DNA from: Vulcanimicrobiota bacterium
Lineage (GTDB): Bacteria; Vulcanimicrobiota; Vulcanimicrobiia; Vulcanimicrobiales; Vulcanimicrobiaceae
NCBI GenBank assembly: GCA_963777315.1
Contig: CAVZQC010000004.1
Span: 512,001 to 576,000 of the forward strand
Length of the DNA stretch: 64,000 bases
Direction of reading: 5' to 3'
Shown: positions 19,658 through 30,593 of the stretch, one piece after another
Layout of the letters: the number at the start of each line of letters is the position of its first letter
Numbering within the stretch: the stretch's first letter is position 1
Notes under the pieces: generated by a model
The model's input: only the letters and a program-made list of their open reading frames with translations
Databases searched by the model: none
Told to the model about the DNA's origin: nothing
Made by a program: the position numbers and the translations under genes

Positions 19658-21598
19658 GTGAACGGGGTTACAGGCGGAAAGTCGGCCGTCACATGTGTTG
19701 CTATGCTGCTCTGGGCGGCCGTGTCGCTGACGCAATGCAACGGCACGCGCGCGGCGATCGCGACAAAACTGCAGCAAAGCTTTCATCCGTCGCCCGATTT
19801 ACGCACGGCCGGTGCGCCCATCGCGATTCCGCCGCCCAACGCTCCCCAGAAGCCTCCATCGGCCCGCTTGGCAACGTACCTATCCGATAGGCCCGATGTG
19901 GTAAACATTCCCGCCTTTTCACTTGCGACCGCGCAAACCGGTAGAGCGGCGGGGCTGTACCGGACCCTCAATCCGCAGGCTCTGCTCGCGACGTATTTCT
20001 CGTCACTGCGATACGACACGGGAATCCCAAGCGGCAGCCCGCATAGTTACGTTCGATGGATGGACGGGCACGAGCAGGATTTCGTCCATATTGGCGATCC
20101 GGGCATGCTGGCCGGGGCAGGCTCGTCTGCGACCTGCACGTGGACGTGGGAGCCGGATGCTCGAGGACCGTCGCAATATCGCGTGTTCGATGCCCGCGGG
20201 CATCTGCTCGCCACCGTGCCGGCCGGCGCGCAGCCGCAGTTCTCATCGGCAAATCCCTCCGGGCAGCGCGTGTACGTCGACAGCGTCCTCGGCGGCCAGG
20301 ATGTCTGGTACACCTCGATCGACAACGCGACCGGAAAACGGCGCCCCACTTCCTGCGCGCAGGCAGACGGAAATCAACCGTTGCTTTTGCACGCGCGATT
20401 CAGCCTCGCTCCCAATCCCCACCCAATCTTTCCTTCGCCGACTCCGCCGCCGGGTTCGACGGTGACCATCTGGGGTTCCGTCGACGAAGCCGGGGGTTCC
20501 GCGCACCCCAGCCTGCAGTGGCTTTACCACCCGACTGCCGATACGACTCCGAATTCGGTCGCGCTTGTCGGAGGACCGGTTCATTGGCGCGTGCCCGACG
20601 GCGTGACGTTTCAAAGTTCGAGCAAGCACTGGTACGGTTCGCCCGCATTGCGCTACTGTGACGATCGCGGCCGCTGCACCGATTGGTGGACGTCGAACGA
20701 AAACAATCGCTCGGCTTGGGGCGAATACAATTCACACACCAATTTCTTGAACGCGTGCTCTACCACGGAAAACGCCGATGCGGTTCGGATGCTGTTGCAT
20801 ATCCGTGGCATCATCGGCAACAGCGCCTTCGAGCTCGATAATATTCTGAGCAAGCTCGCCGATGCGCGTCCGGAAATTTTCCGCACTCAGAATCCGCAGA
20901 TGCCCAGCGACGACGACCTGCTTCGGTGCGTGGGCATCCAATGGCCTCGTTACGCCCTCGAGCATCTGCACGCGAACGGCATTTTGAGTATTCTCAACGG
21001 CGGTCCGCACGGCGCAGCGTTTTACGGCGACGGGAGAATCTACGAAGACGTGCCTTGGTCGGCCGGATTGGCGATGCCATACCCGTTTACGCTGGACGGG
21101 TGGCGCAAGGAAATGCAATGGATCTTGGACGATCTGAATGCAAGGAAAATCGTCTGGATGATCCCAACGGGCGATCAAGTGCCCGACGAGCTCGGCGCGC
21201 GAGTACGCGAGTACTCCTTTGCGATTTACGAATTGCTCAATCCATACCCAATGACCGGTTCGCCCGGCTTGTATTACGGCTTTAGCCAGATCGACGAGAC
21301 GCTGTTTCCCGAGATGTTCACGGACTTGGGCCGGCCCGTCATCGCTCGGCCGAGGAACCTGGCCGAGCTCTATAATGCGCGGGACGGGATGTATGAACGC
21401 GAGTACTCCGGCGCCACGGTTTATGTCTGTCCTCCTGGCGACGACGACTGCAAGCCCATCGAGGTGCAGACCCGCCGCTATTTTTCACAAGCGTCCGCAC
21501 AAGCGCTCGGGCGGGGCGGCACTCGTAGCTTCGTACCGGTAAACGGAGTCACGCTTCATCCGGGGCAAGGCGCCATCCTCACGCATTCTCCGAACTAG
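19658..21598 (+). CDS. secreted putative glycoside hydrolase (GHL15-like), distant paralog
   Basis: Signal/lipobox-like LTQC; HEQDFVHIGDP, KLADARPE, MYEREYSGATVYV, VTLHPGQGAIL shared with the three paralogs. Confidence 0.55.
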   Translation: MNGVTGGKSAVTCVAMLLWAAVSLTQCNGTRAAIATKLQQSFHPSPDLRTAGAPIAIPPPNAPQKPPSARLATYLSDRPDVVNIPAFSLATAQTGRAAGLYRTLNPQALLATYFSSLRYDTGIPSGSPHSYVRWMDGHEQDFVHIGDPGMLAGAGSSATCTWTWEPDARGPSQYRVFDARGHLLATVPAGAQPQFSSANPSGQRVYVDSVLGGQDVWYTSIDNATGKRRPTSCAQADGNQPLLLHARFSLAPNPHPIFPSPTPPPGSTVTIWGSVDEAGGSAHPSLQWLYHPTADTTPNSVALVGGPVHWRVPDGVTFQSSSKHWYGSPALRYCDDRGRCTDWWTSNENNRSAWGEYNSHTNFLNACSTTENADAVRMLLHIRGIIGNSAFELDNILSKLADARPEIFRTQNPQMPSDDDLLRCVGIQWPRYALEHLHANGILSILNGGPHGAAFYGDGRIYEDVPWSAGLAMPYPFTLDGWRKEMQWILDDLNARKIVWMIPTGDQVPDELGARVREYSFAIYELLNPYPMTGSPGLYYGFSQIDETLFPEMFTDLGRPVIARPRNLAELYNARDGMYEREYSGATVYVCPPGDDDCKPIEVQTRRYFSQASAQALGRGGTRSFVPVNGVTLHPGQGAILTHSPN

Positions 21599-21604
21599 TA
21601 CTCC

Positions 21605-23527
21605 CTAGCGAATGAGGATCGCCGCCTGATGCGGCAGCAGTTGAACCTGCGTCACCAACGTCGTTTCGATGGAACCGCCGTGCTCGACGGCTCCGCCGGC
21701 CAAGCGCACTTGCTTGTACGCCGCGCCCAATTGAATGACCGGAGTGATAGCCGTTGAGCTCGGATTCACTATCACCCGGCCGTTTGCGAAGGTTCGTTCA
21801 TATGCCTGGTCGGCGGCAACGTATGCCTGCGCAATCGTCGTGAAGTTTTGCTCCGCCGGGCCTAGACTCAGCCCGTATTCCGGGTAGTAGTATCCCAGTC
21901 CGGCGGAAGTCTCCAAGTCGTAATAGAGATTCCGGTTCTGGATGAGCAAGTACGTTCCCAGAATGTACGAGCGCGCCGCGGTGTCCGATTCGCTTGCGTC
22001 CACCAGCATGCGGGACCCAATGTTATACTGCTGGGTTATGGTCAATGCACTATTCACGCTGCTTTGCCAGTACCATTCGGGTGCGTATCCCCAGCTGTTT
22101 ACGTCGTAGGCGATTTCCTCGATCTCACCGCGTTGAACGTACGGCACATACGCCGTTGCCGCGGGGTCCGAAAAGGCGTTCGCGCAGATCGAATATCCCG
22201 AACCGATGTGGGAACGCAAATATGCCAGGTGCGAGATCATATTGTTCAAATAGCCGTTCGCGCTGTACCCGGCGGGAAAAGCTTCCGGGCGTGCCCCGTC
22301 CAGCTTCGTGCCGACGTCGTCGAGCAGTACGCCTTTGTAACCCGCAGCCAGCCTGCCGGCGATATAATCGGTCAGCAAGGAATGCCACATCGGCGAACCG
22401 GCATCCATGACGTAATTGTTGGCATAAACGCCGAAATGCAATCGGTTATTCGGCGCGGTGACGTAATACGACTGATTCGCCTGAGTCGGCAAAACCGCGT
22501 TGCCGGTCGCGTCCGCTACGCGAAAGGCTATCCCGCCGTAGTATCCCGAGGGAATCGTGACCGTTGCGCTGCCTTGATAATACCCGCCTCCCACGCTGTT
22601 CATTGCCGTGCTGGACGGCGGCGTGGTGGGATGCGGCTTGACCAACGTCTGCAGCAGCAGCGAGCTGGGCAACGCTGCACCCGAAGCGTGGGCACGAACC
22701 GTAAGCGTAACGTTCGCTCCGGGTGCAATCGGAACGTTGGTGCTGTACGTCGGCGAATCGAGAACGAACCCCGACGGCACGCCCGCAGCGGCGGACTGGA
22801 CACCCGAATAGACGCTGTCCGAGCCGTTGAGCAATGAGTGCACGGCGAAGTAGTACGTCGTGCCGTCGCTCAGACCGCTCGCGCTGTAAGACGACGCCGA
22901 ATTCGGCAAAGTCGCCACCGCAGTGAGCGATTGCGGCGAAGTGCCTTCATACACGACGTAGCCTGACAGCGGGACGCCCATGGCTGCGCGCGCATCGACA
23001 TTCCAATGCAGCGTTACCGCACCTTCTTGCGGTTGCGTTGTCAGCGAAGCGGGGTCGGCGCCGTGCGAAAACGCGTCCTCGTGCACATTGACGGTATTCC
23101 AATCGGGTTGCGCGCCGCCGCCGTTCATGACTTCGCGGACGGCGGAAATGTAAAAATCGACATATGACGCACGCAATGCCGAAAGCGCACCGGGATCTTG
23201 CTGAGTGACCCACTGCATGCGACCGGTGTAGGAGTCCATCAAGTCGCCGTAGCCCGCAGACAATACGACCGCCGGTCCGCCTGAACCGCCCGGCGTTGAC
23301 GTGGGTACCGGTGCAGGTGTGGGCGTAGACGTTCGCGGCGGCGCCGACGATTGCGGCGACGGAGTGGGTTGTACCGTCTGACCGTTCTGTCCGGGTTGTC
23401 CGGGGCCGGTCTTCTGCGGCGTACTGGGCAGCATTCCGCCGCCGCCGCCGCCTCCTCCGCACGCGGAAAGCATCGCTGCGCAAAGTGCAAATAAAACTAT
23501 TTTGTACGCGAAAGACGCTGAGCGCAT
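21605..23527 (-). CDS. lipoprotein, putative glycoside hydrolase (GHL15-like) with inserted FN3 domain
   Basis: LSAC lipobox, Pro/Thr linker, FN3 (VTLHW...GYVVY...GLSDGTTYYFAVHS), GVLLDD, AYERTFANGRVIVNP. Confidence 0.65.
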   Translation of the reverse strand: MRSASFAYKIVLFALCAAMLSACGGGGGGGGMLPSTPQKTGPGQPGQNGQTVQPTPSPQSSAPPRTSTPTPAPVPTSTPGGSGGPAVVLSAGYGDLMDSYTGRMQWVTQQDPGALSALRASYVDFYISAVREVMNGGGAQPDWNTVNVHEDAFSHGADPASLTTQPQEGAVTLHWNVDARAAMGVPLSGYVVYEGTSPQSLTAVATLPNSASSYSASGLSDGTTYYFAVHSLLNGSDSVYSGVQSAAAGVPSGFVLDSPTYSTNVPIAPGANVTLTVRAHASGAALPSSLLLQTLVKPHPTTPPSSTAMNSVGGGYYQGSATVTIPSGYYGGIAFRVADATGNAVLPTQANQSYYVTAPNNRLHFGVYANNYVMDAGSPMWHSLLTDYIAGRLAAGYKGVLLDDVGTKLDGARPEAFPAGYSANGYLNNMISHLAYLRSHIGSGYSICANAFSDPAATAYVPYVQRGEIEEIAYDVNSWGYAPEWYWQSSVNSALTITQQYNIGSRMLVDASESDTAARSYILGTYLLIQNRNLYYDLETSAGLGYYYPEYGLSLGPAEQNFTTIAQAYVAADQAYERTFANGRVIVNPSSTAITPVIQLGAAYKQVRLAGGAVEHGGSIETTLVTQVQLLPHQAAILIR

Positions 23528-23610
23528 TGGCTCCCCCGGCTTGAATCAGACTGTTCCGATTCAATAATTCGGGGAAGATTGAGTCAGGATTCGACTCTTT
23601 TACGAATCGA

Positions 23611-25481
23611 TTACCGCCCGGGCTTGACCGTTGACGCGTTAACGCTTCTCGATCCCGCCGCTTGGCCCCAAATCCGCGCGATCGTTTCCAGACATAACGA
23701 GCGCGCGTACCGCCGGCGTACGTATGCTGCCGCCGCCGTTTGCGCAAGCAAATTTCCCTGCATGTGACTCCTAACGAGATCGCCCAGTTGCTGCTCCACG
23801 ATCGAATAGTCCTCGGCATGACGCGTGTACGGAAACTCTTGCGTCCAAATCACGTGACGCCCGTACGAAAGGGCTTCGAGCACCATAAGCGAGAGATCGT
23901 CGTGTTCTTCGCAGCGAACCAGCGCGCTGCAAGTTTCGTAGACGTTTTGGAGCGAGCGATGCCATCCAAGATTGACGACGTCGTCGCCTGCCGAAACGTT
24001 TAGCGTCCCCCCGCCGACGATTACGAACTTTACGCCCCGTCCGCGAAAAGCGCCGATAAGCCGCTCATAGCTGCGGGCGACATGCGACCCTTTATGCCGG
24101 GGCGCGACGTACAGCAGCACGGTGAAAACCTCCGGCATTTCGCATATGCTGCCCGTGCAAAGATGCGGGGGTAACGGTGCGACGCTGGCGCGCAATCCCA
24201 ATTTTCGCAACTCTTCGGCGGTCCAGTCCGCGCCGGCGACATGATGAACGTGAGCCCTCGTCAACATCTGCATGCGGCCGGGCGTTTCGGCAAGGCGCGT
24301 GACGTCGTTGCGGGACCAATGCATGACGCGCGGCTTGCGCAGCCCGTCCGCCAGCAGCTCAAGAGCGCGCGGCCCGGGTGCGGGCCCTATCGTGTACCAG
24401 AGCCGGCTGCAGCACATTTTCACAAGCGATAACACGACGTCGAACCGCGAACCGAACGCGAGCAGCCGGTGGCGCCATCCCGTGACGCCCGCTTCAGCCG
24501 GTTCGAAAAACTCGGCCACGAACAGTTTTCTGCCGGATATTGCAACGGTTCCCTGGCGGCCGGGCACGCGCCGAACGCGCGGGTGAGCGGCGCTTAGTGC
24601 GCGTTCGATTCCGTGCACGATGCGTTGCGGGGAAAAATGCCGGGCTACGAACTCCAGGCCGTCGACGTTCAGCCCAAGTGCTCCGCTTTCGTACTCCGAG
24701 CGCAGCCGGCCGAGGGCTGCAATAAGCTGCCCTTCATCGTCAGCCCGCACCACGCCGGGCAAGGCGCGGTTGCGTATCACGTACCTGCCCGCGGCAAGCG
24801 TCTCGAGCACCATGCGCGACATTCCGTCGTGCTCGGGCATTCGGACGAGGACGACGGAATCGTTCAAAACAGGTTCGATGTTCCCGAGCTGGCCGAGAAA
24901 TTCGACATTTGCGGGAGCGTCAAAATCGGATTTTCCGTTCCCTACTACGCGAAACGGAACGTCCGGAAAACGGCGTGCCGCCTGGTACACTAGGCGCGCA
25001 CCGTAAAAATCGCGTCGCGGCGAAGGCAGGTACGTTATCGCCGAGAACCGCGCCGGGAACTCTTTGGCCGGTTCTTCCACCGGCACGCCCAAAACCGGAA
25101 CGTAATGCGCGTCGATCCCGAGCGTACGTAATTCATCGGCCAGCCAGGGCGCGTCGGCAATATGATAATAGGCTTTGTGCCGCAGCAGCGCCGATCCGTA
25201 TGCGTCGCCAACGGCTTGTACTACGTCGCTGCCGCCCCAAATAACGATGACGGGAATGTGCCGCAACCGCGCGATGGCGGCATACATGGGATGAGGCTCG
25301 GGGCCGCCGAACGTTACGAACGCGTCTGCACCCCGCAGCAGTCCAAGCGACGTGCGCGCAACATCGATCTTTCCGGCGCCAAAATTCGTGAACTCCAGCT
25401 TGCGGAATAGGCATTCACCAATTGCGCCGTCATGCGTGCGTGATACGGCCACCCGACGATCAATGCGCGCTTCTTCCGCAT
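23611..25481 (-). CDS. tandem two-module GT-B glycosyltransferase-like protein (apparent frameshift at ~25395)
   Basis: Two repeats ending DGMSRMVLETLAAGR and DDLSLMVLEALSYGR; N-terminus MRKKRALIVGWP (SD AGAGG) lies in another frame and aligns with paralog 7273..8664. Confidence 0.7.
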
Positions 25482-25495
25482 GCCGGCTCGCCTCT

Positions 25496-26482
25496 TTAGC
25501 GCACGGTCAGACGAATCCCGTATCGACGAACGAACACGACGAAATCATCTATATACGGGGCCGAAGTTGCTCGAATAATGGTTCTGGCCTCATGGTCGAG
25601 GATCGATATGCCGCGGCCAAGTATAGCATCCTGCTCTTGCGGAGCGAGGCGCCGATTTACCAAGAACAGAAGATCGCAGGTTTTAAGACTCGCGTCGGAA
25701 TCGACGGCAATGCAATGGCCGAACATAAGCCTGCCGTCGGCCAGCTGAGGCGATTGCGACGCACCTGGGATCGGCCGGAATTTCGGGTACTCCTCTAAAA
25801 CGTGCTTTGCGCGAGCCAGCTTATCTTGCGGCTCGAGCGCCTGGACGGCATGCGCGTCGACGACTTTGGCGAGCATCCCCGAAGCTAATGCGTTGGGTGG
25901 GACGGACTTGGTGACGACGGCACCCGGACCGACGATGGCGTTTTTACCGATGACGACGTTAGGAAGAACGAACACCTGCCATGCCAGCCAAGCATCGTCC
26001 TCCAAAACGACCGGCCCATAACTGACCGGACCCCCGTTTAAAAAATCGGCCCAGACGCCATGAGTGAAGACCAAAGCGTGGCCGCCGATGCCGACGTGGT
26101 TTCCGATGTCTATGCCCTCCCCGGGTTCGATCCAGCAGAATGGGCCAAAGCGGCAATGGTCTCCGACAGTGATTCGTGAGCGCGGCGTCAGAGCGGAGTA
26201 GATAACCGCCGTTGAAGCGATGTACACATACCGGCCGATGCGTACGTCGCCCGCGCTGCACGCGGAAAACGCCTTTATTTGCGTGCGATCGCCGATGACC
26301 AACGCGTTCGCACGGAGCAACGCAAACGGGCCGATGCTGACGTTCTTTCCGATGTCGATCGTTTTCGCACGCAAAATGGTTCCAAAGCCTATGCGCGTTC
26401 CGGCGCCGATCTTTGCGCCGAGTATCCGGCGGACGAGCACGTGCAAGAACGATGGACACAGCGCGAGTAGATAATCAAGCAC
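25496..26482 (-). CDS. hexapeptide-repeat (left-handed beta-helix) acyltransferase
   Basis: Long IGxxxx repeats, VFTHG, PVVLEDDAWL, IVGPGAVVTKSVP; GTG start overlaps upstream stop. Confidence 0.85.
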   Translation of the reverse strand: MLDYLLALCPSFLHVLVRRILGAKIGAGTRIGFGTILRAKTIDIGKNVSIGPFALLRANALVIGDRTQIKAFSACSAGDVRIGRYVYIASTAVIYSALTPRSRITVGDHCRFGPFCWIEPGEGIDIGNHVGIGGHALVFTHGVWADFLNGGPVSYGPVVLEDDAWLAWQVFVLPNVVIGKNAIVGPGAVVTKSVPPNALASGMLAKVVDAHAVQALEPQDKLARAKHVLEEYPKFRPIPGASQSPQLADGRLMFGHCIAVDSDASLKTCDLLFLVNRRLAPQEQDAILGRGISILDHEARTIIRATSAPYIDDFVVFVRRYGIRLTVR

Positions 26483-28016
26483 CCTGGCTGGCCGCCATAC
26501 CTCGTTTTGCGTCCGCGCCGGTTCGCAACAAGCCTGCGGACGCGTAACGATCGAAAACGCAGCTGGCGAGATCTGCCGCCGTCGTCCATTTGTCGCCTTC
26601 TCGTTTGAGTTGCCAATAAAGGTTTCCGATGGACTTTGGGAGTTGGCCGCCTTCGAACGCCGTATTGTGCCACAGGACGCTGACGCCGCCCGAACCGAAC
26701 GTGCGTACTGCGTCGAGAATTCTTTCGCAAATCGCTCGGTGTGAATGCGTGGATCGATCCTGTGCGTACAGCGAGCCGTCCATGATCGCAAGCGGAATCT
26801 CTAGGAATGCGTACGCGCGTTCTTCGGAAAAGCAGTACGGAGGATATGGAAAACACGCCCCGTTGCGGAAGCCCGCACGTTCCGAGTAGCCGGCCGTGGA
26901 GTCATATAGAACGCCGATGCGTTCAAGCTTGTCGTACAGGCGAGAGCCGGAATGGCGCAGCCAATGCTGGCGTACGCCTACGGGGTGAAAGCCCTGCGCC
27001 CTTAGGGCTTGAAATTCGTCCGACAGTCCGGTGGGCGAGTCCAGACTCGTATAACTGCCGTGCACGGCAATTTCGGCTCCGGACGAGTTCAACTCCCTGA
27101 GTAGGCGCAGCACGCGCGAATCGCTCAGGATATAGTTTGCATCGCGCGAATGCCGGCGTTCGCACAGCACGTTGAACGTAGAATCGATGCGAGCGCTGCG
27201 CTCAAGGGAACGCAGCATCGGGATATAGTTCAGCGGCGATCGCATCCGCCCAACGCCGACCACGGCAGATCGGGCAATGCCCGCTGCAAGCTTCGGATCG
27301 TGCGACGCGATAGCGGCTTTGACGATATTCTTTACGAGTCGCCTTGCGCTGTCGACCGGCGACAGCGGAATGAAATCCAAATCGTGAGAAGCCGCGATGA
27401 GCGTATGGTTGGTACCATTCCAACCTCGCGGAGACTCGGGCAGCCAATGGAACGTGCCGCGCAGCCGGGCGTTGAACTCGTACATCGCGATCGCTGCGTA
27501 CGGTACGCAAGGATCCAACGTGAATCGCCCATGCAGCGTGCAGCGGTACGGAACGCGCCCAACTTCGTCCCGCTCCGTAACTGCATACTCGTCTGCACCG
27601 GAGAGCCACTCGAACAGCTCCCCGAGCCAGTCTGCGCCGGCCGATGAATCCGGTGTGAAGTGCGGGAAACGCTCGGCGGCGATGCGCCGATAGACCTTGC
27701 GCGGCGGCAACGCGCCGTAGCGCGGCGGTGGAGCATGCCGGTCCGGCGGTCGAGCGACGTAGGACGCAGGCACGGCCATACCTTGACCGCCGTCGTGCCG
27801 TCCACCGTACCGCACCTGCAACGATGCCGCGTTTTCGCGTTCACCGTCTGCGGCGACCGCATAGCCGTAAACGGCGCAAAAAACCGCAAAGGCGTACGAG
27901 ATGCGCGCTTTTGCCGCCGAGTCAACTTGCTCGTCGAAACTCAAGCGGAGAACAACTTGCGAAGTCTTATCCCGTTGCGGTGCCGCTTCCAATCTTCCGT
28001 TCCAATGCATCGGCAA
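26475..28016 (-). CDS. polysaccharide deacetylase-family protein (start uncertain)
   Basis: SHDLD, EIAVHGSY, RQHWL, YDST, GFRNG, EIPLAIMD, LWHN. Confidence 0.8.
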   Translation of the reverse strand: MPMHWNGRLEAAPQRDKTSQVVLRLSFDEQVDSAAKARISYAFAVFCAVYGYAVAADGERENAASLQVRYGGRHDGGQGMAVPASYVARPPDRHAPPPRYGALPPRKVYRRIAAERFPHFTPDSSAGADWLGELFEWLSGADEYAVTERDEVGRVPYRCTLHGRFTLDPCVPYAAIAMYEFNARLRGTFHWLPESPRGWNGTNHTLIAASHDLDFIPLSPVDSARRLVKNIVKAAIASHDPKLAAGIARSAVVGVGRMRSPLNYIPMLRSLERSARIDSTFNVLCERRHSRDANYILSDSRVLRLLRELNSSGAEIAVHGSYTSLDSPTGLSDEFQALRAQGFHPVGVRQHWLRHSGSRLYDKLERIGVLYDSTAGYSERAGFRNGACFPYPPYCFSEERAYAFLEIPLAIMDGSLYAQDRSTHSHRAICERILDAVRTFGSGGVSVLWHNTAFEGGQLPKSIGNLYWQLKREGDKWTTAADLASCVFDRYASAGLLRTGADAKRGMAASQGA

Positions 28017-28221
28017 TCTCGCCGATGGTCGAGAATTTCTCCATGTCCTCCGGCGCCAGCTCGATGCCGAAACGTTCTTCTAGCGCCAGTATCAGGTACA
28101 GCTGGTAGGTAGAGTCCCATTGCTCGACGGTATCAGGCGATGATTGCGTCGTTATGGCTTCGTCGGGCACACCAAATACTTGCGCCGCGGTCTGCCTGAC
28201 CGCGTCCGATATCGCACTCAC
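27967..28221 (-). CDS. acyl carrier protein
   Basis: 84 aa acidic protein, WDS phosphopantetheine site, LEERFGIEL; GTGA overlap with fkbH stop. Confidence 0.85.
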   Translation of the reverse strand: MSAISDAVRQTAAQVFGVPDEAITTQSSPDTVEQWDSTYQLYLILALEERFGIELAPEDMEKFSTIGEIADALERKIGSGTATG

Positions 28222-30081
28222 GCAGACACCTCGGCTGATGACACGGCAACCCATTCTGGCACCATTATCCTGCTCCTGTCGAGCGCCAGCTCCCATCTTT
28301 CACTCGTATCGTCCCGTTCCACGGCAGCGAAGCCATGATCCCGATAAAACGACCGTGCCGGCTCGTTTTTGCTGGTCCGGTAAAAATCCCCGACGAGCAC
28401 CGCTTTTCCACGCGCACAAGCCTCATCGGCAACGTGGGCAAGCAGCGCCGTTTCGATTCCGCGTCCGATGACGCGGCAGCTTAAAAGGAACGTGTCGATG
28501 ATGCATCGCTCGTCCTCGTCTCGCGTTATCGCCAGACCCACGATCCCGTTGTCGCCGAAACGATCGCGGACTCGCACCGTTCGAATCGTACACGCAGGAT
28601 CGCTGCCCAAACGCCAGAGCTGCTCCTCGCTGTAGCGCCGTGTAGTCAGATTGAATTGATTGGTCTTTTGCGTGAGTTGAGCGGCGCGCGCAAGCGTCAG
28701 AGCCGTTACCGGCGCAACCTCGGCGCGCTGGTGAAGCGAACGGAAGAAGTCTTCCTTGGATTCGACTGAAGCCAGCAACTCCGAACGCTGCTGCTCCTGG
28801 CGATAGTAGCCGGCCCGCGCCGCATCTTCGCTCGATAGGTCCAAACGTTCAAAGAACGGAGATTCGAGAATTGACTGCGCGTAGCGCACCGGATCCTCCG
28901 GCAGTTCAATGACGCGCACGCTTGGCGACGCAGATCGCACCTGCGCTCGTTCCACGGGATTGTCGTCGATGAATGCGATTGCATCGATTCCCACGTTTAG
29001 CTCGTTTTGCCAGAGCTTCGAGGTTCTGCGCCTTCGAATCCCAATTGATTCGCATGGCGGCAAAATGCTCGGAGTGAAGCAGCATGTCGGGGTGCCGGTC
29101 CAGGACCTCGATCGCATCGGCATGGTTGTTCTTGCTGCAGATAGCCAGCACGATGCCGCGCCGGCGCAGCGCTAGAAGAGCGCGCTGGAGCTCACGATAG
29201 GGTTGGCCTCCCATTTCGGCGCTTAGGCGAATTCCGGAAAAGCCGTCCTCGCCAACGATGCCGCCCCACAGCGTGTTGTCCAGATCCACGGCCGCTACTT
29301 TCGCGACTACGCCGCTCAGCGGCTGAATGAATTTGAGCCACTCGTTGACCAGATGGCGCATATTCCCCGCAGCCGTGGCAACGCGATAGCGCTCCCATTT
29401 CAGGGGATCGCCCCAAACACTGCGCCCGTGCCGCGCCGTCAGGGCATCATAATCGAGCATGTGTACGCCGCGGTGCCCTCGCGTCAGCTCCTTGAGTCTG
29501 TCGTTGAGGCTCGCGATGCAAGCCGTTTGCGACCGCTGCGCCCGCGACTCGTAGACGCCAAGCACGGTCGCAGGCGGCATGTCGAACGAGTGAATGACCA
29601 GCTGCGCGTCGCTGTGATTACGAAAAGCGGTAATCAAGCCGGCAATGTGCGTGAAGGCATCGTCTTCAGCGGCACGTAAAGGGGTCTCGCCGGGATCGTC
29701 GGGCGCCCAAAGCTGCGGAGCCACCGAAGCGGTGTTCGTTGCGAGAATGACGATCTGGGGTGCAAAGCAATACAGCGCGCTCTGCTCGTCCAGCAGTTCG
29801 GCGGCATAGGCGTTAAACTCACCGGTGCGAACGATGAGTTCAAGCCCGTTGACGAACGCGGCCGCCCGCAGCAACGGCAGCAACGGTTCGACCGTGAACG
29901 AGCGCGCGATAAAGACGCGCTGGGGAATTGTTTGGACTCGATCGCGATAACGCTCGTATTTCGTCACGACGTATAATGCCGTAGCAACGTCCGGCGTTTC
30001 GTACCAAGCTCGAACCAAGGCGTCGAATGCCTCGGATAAGCGGCCGTCGCTAAATAACTGCTCGAGTTCGCTGCGATCCAT
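28218..30081 (-). CDS. fkbH: FkbH-like HAD-IIIC glyceryl-ACP synthase (apparent +1 frameshift at ~29005)
   Basis: DLDNTLWGG, ICSKN, INWDSK, FIDDNPVER, QLTQKTNQFNLTTRRY, DRFGDNG, FLLSCRV. Confidence 0.9.
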
Positions 30082-30194
30082 ATTTCTCAAAATTCATTCG
30101 ACAAGCGCTGAAGCCTGCGCCTAAGCGCCTCCAAGCACGCTCCGCGCCTCGCTATTCCACAGGAACGCCACAAGGAAACCCTAATGTTTTTGCC

Positions 30195-30593
30195 ATGGTT
30201 TTCGATCATCTTGGAATTTTCGTGCATAGCATTGAGGACGGCCAACGTAAACTCGAGTCGATTTTGCCGATACGCTCGTGGGGCAAAGTGTTTGATGACG
30301 ATATCTTGCATGTGCGCGTATGCTTCGGCCTGGATGAATCGGGACTTCGCTACGAGCTCGTTGCGCCGTTCGGTTCACCCAATCCGGTTTCCGGCGTGCT
30401 TGCCGGGCGCAAAAACATTCTCAATCACGTAGCCTACCGAGTTCCCGACATTGCAGCCGCTTCACGGGCGCTTCGCAGCTCCGGTAGCGTGCCGATTGCT
30501 CCGCCCAAGCCGGCGGTCGCATTCGGCGGCGCGTTGGTAGCGTTTTTCCTGACGGCATTGGGTTTTATCATTGAATTGGTGGAAGAGCGATAG
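30195..30593 (+). CDS. VOC/glyoxalase-family protein (methylmalonyl-CoA epimerase-like)
   Basis: FDHLGIFV, YELVAP, NHVAYRV, PKPAVAFGG, IIELVE. Confidence 0.82.
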   Translation: MVFDHLGIFVHSIEDGQRKLESILPIRSWGKVFDDDILHVRVCFGLDESGLRYELVAPFGSPNPVSGVLAGRKNILNHVAYRVPDIAAASRALRSSGSVPIAPPKPAVAFGGALVAFFLTALGFIIELVEER

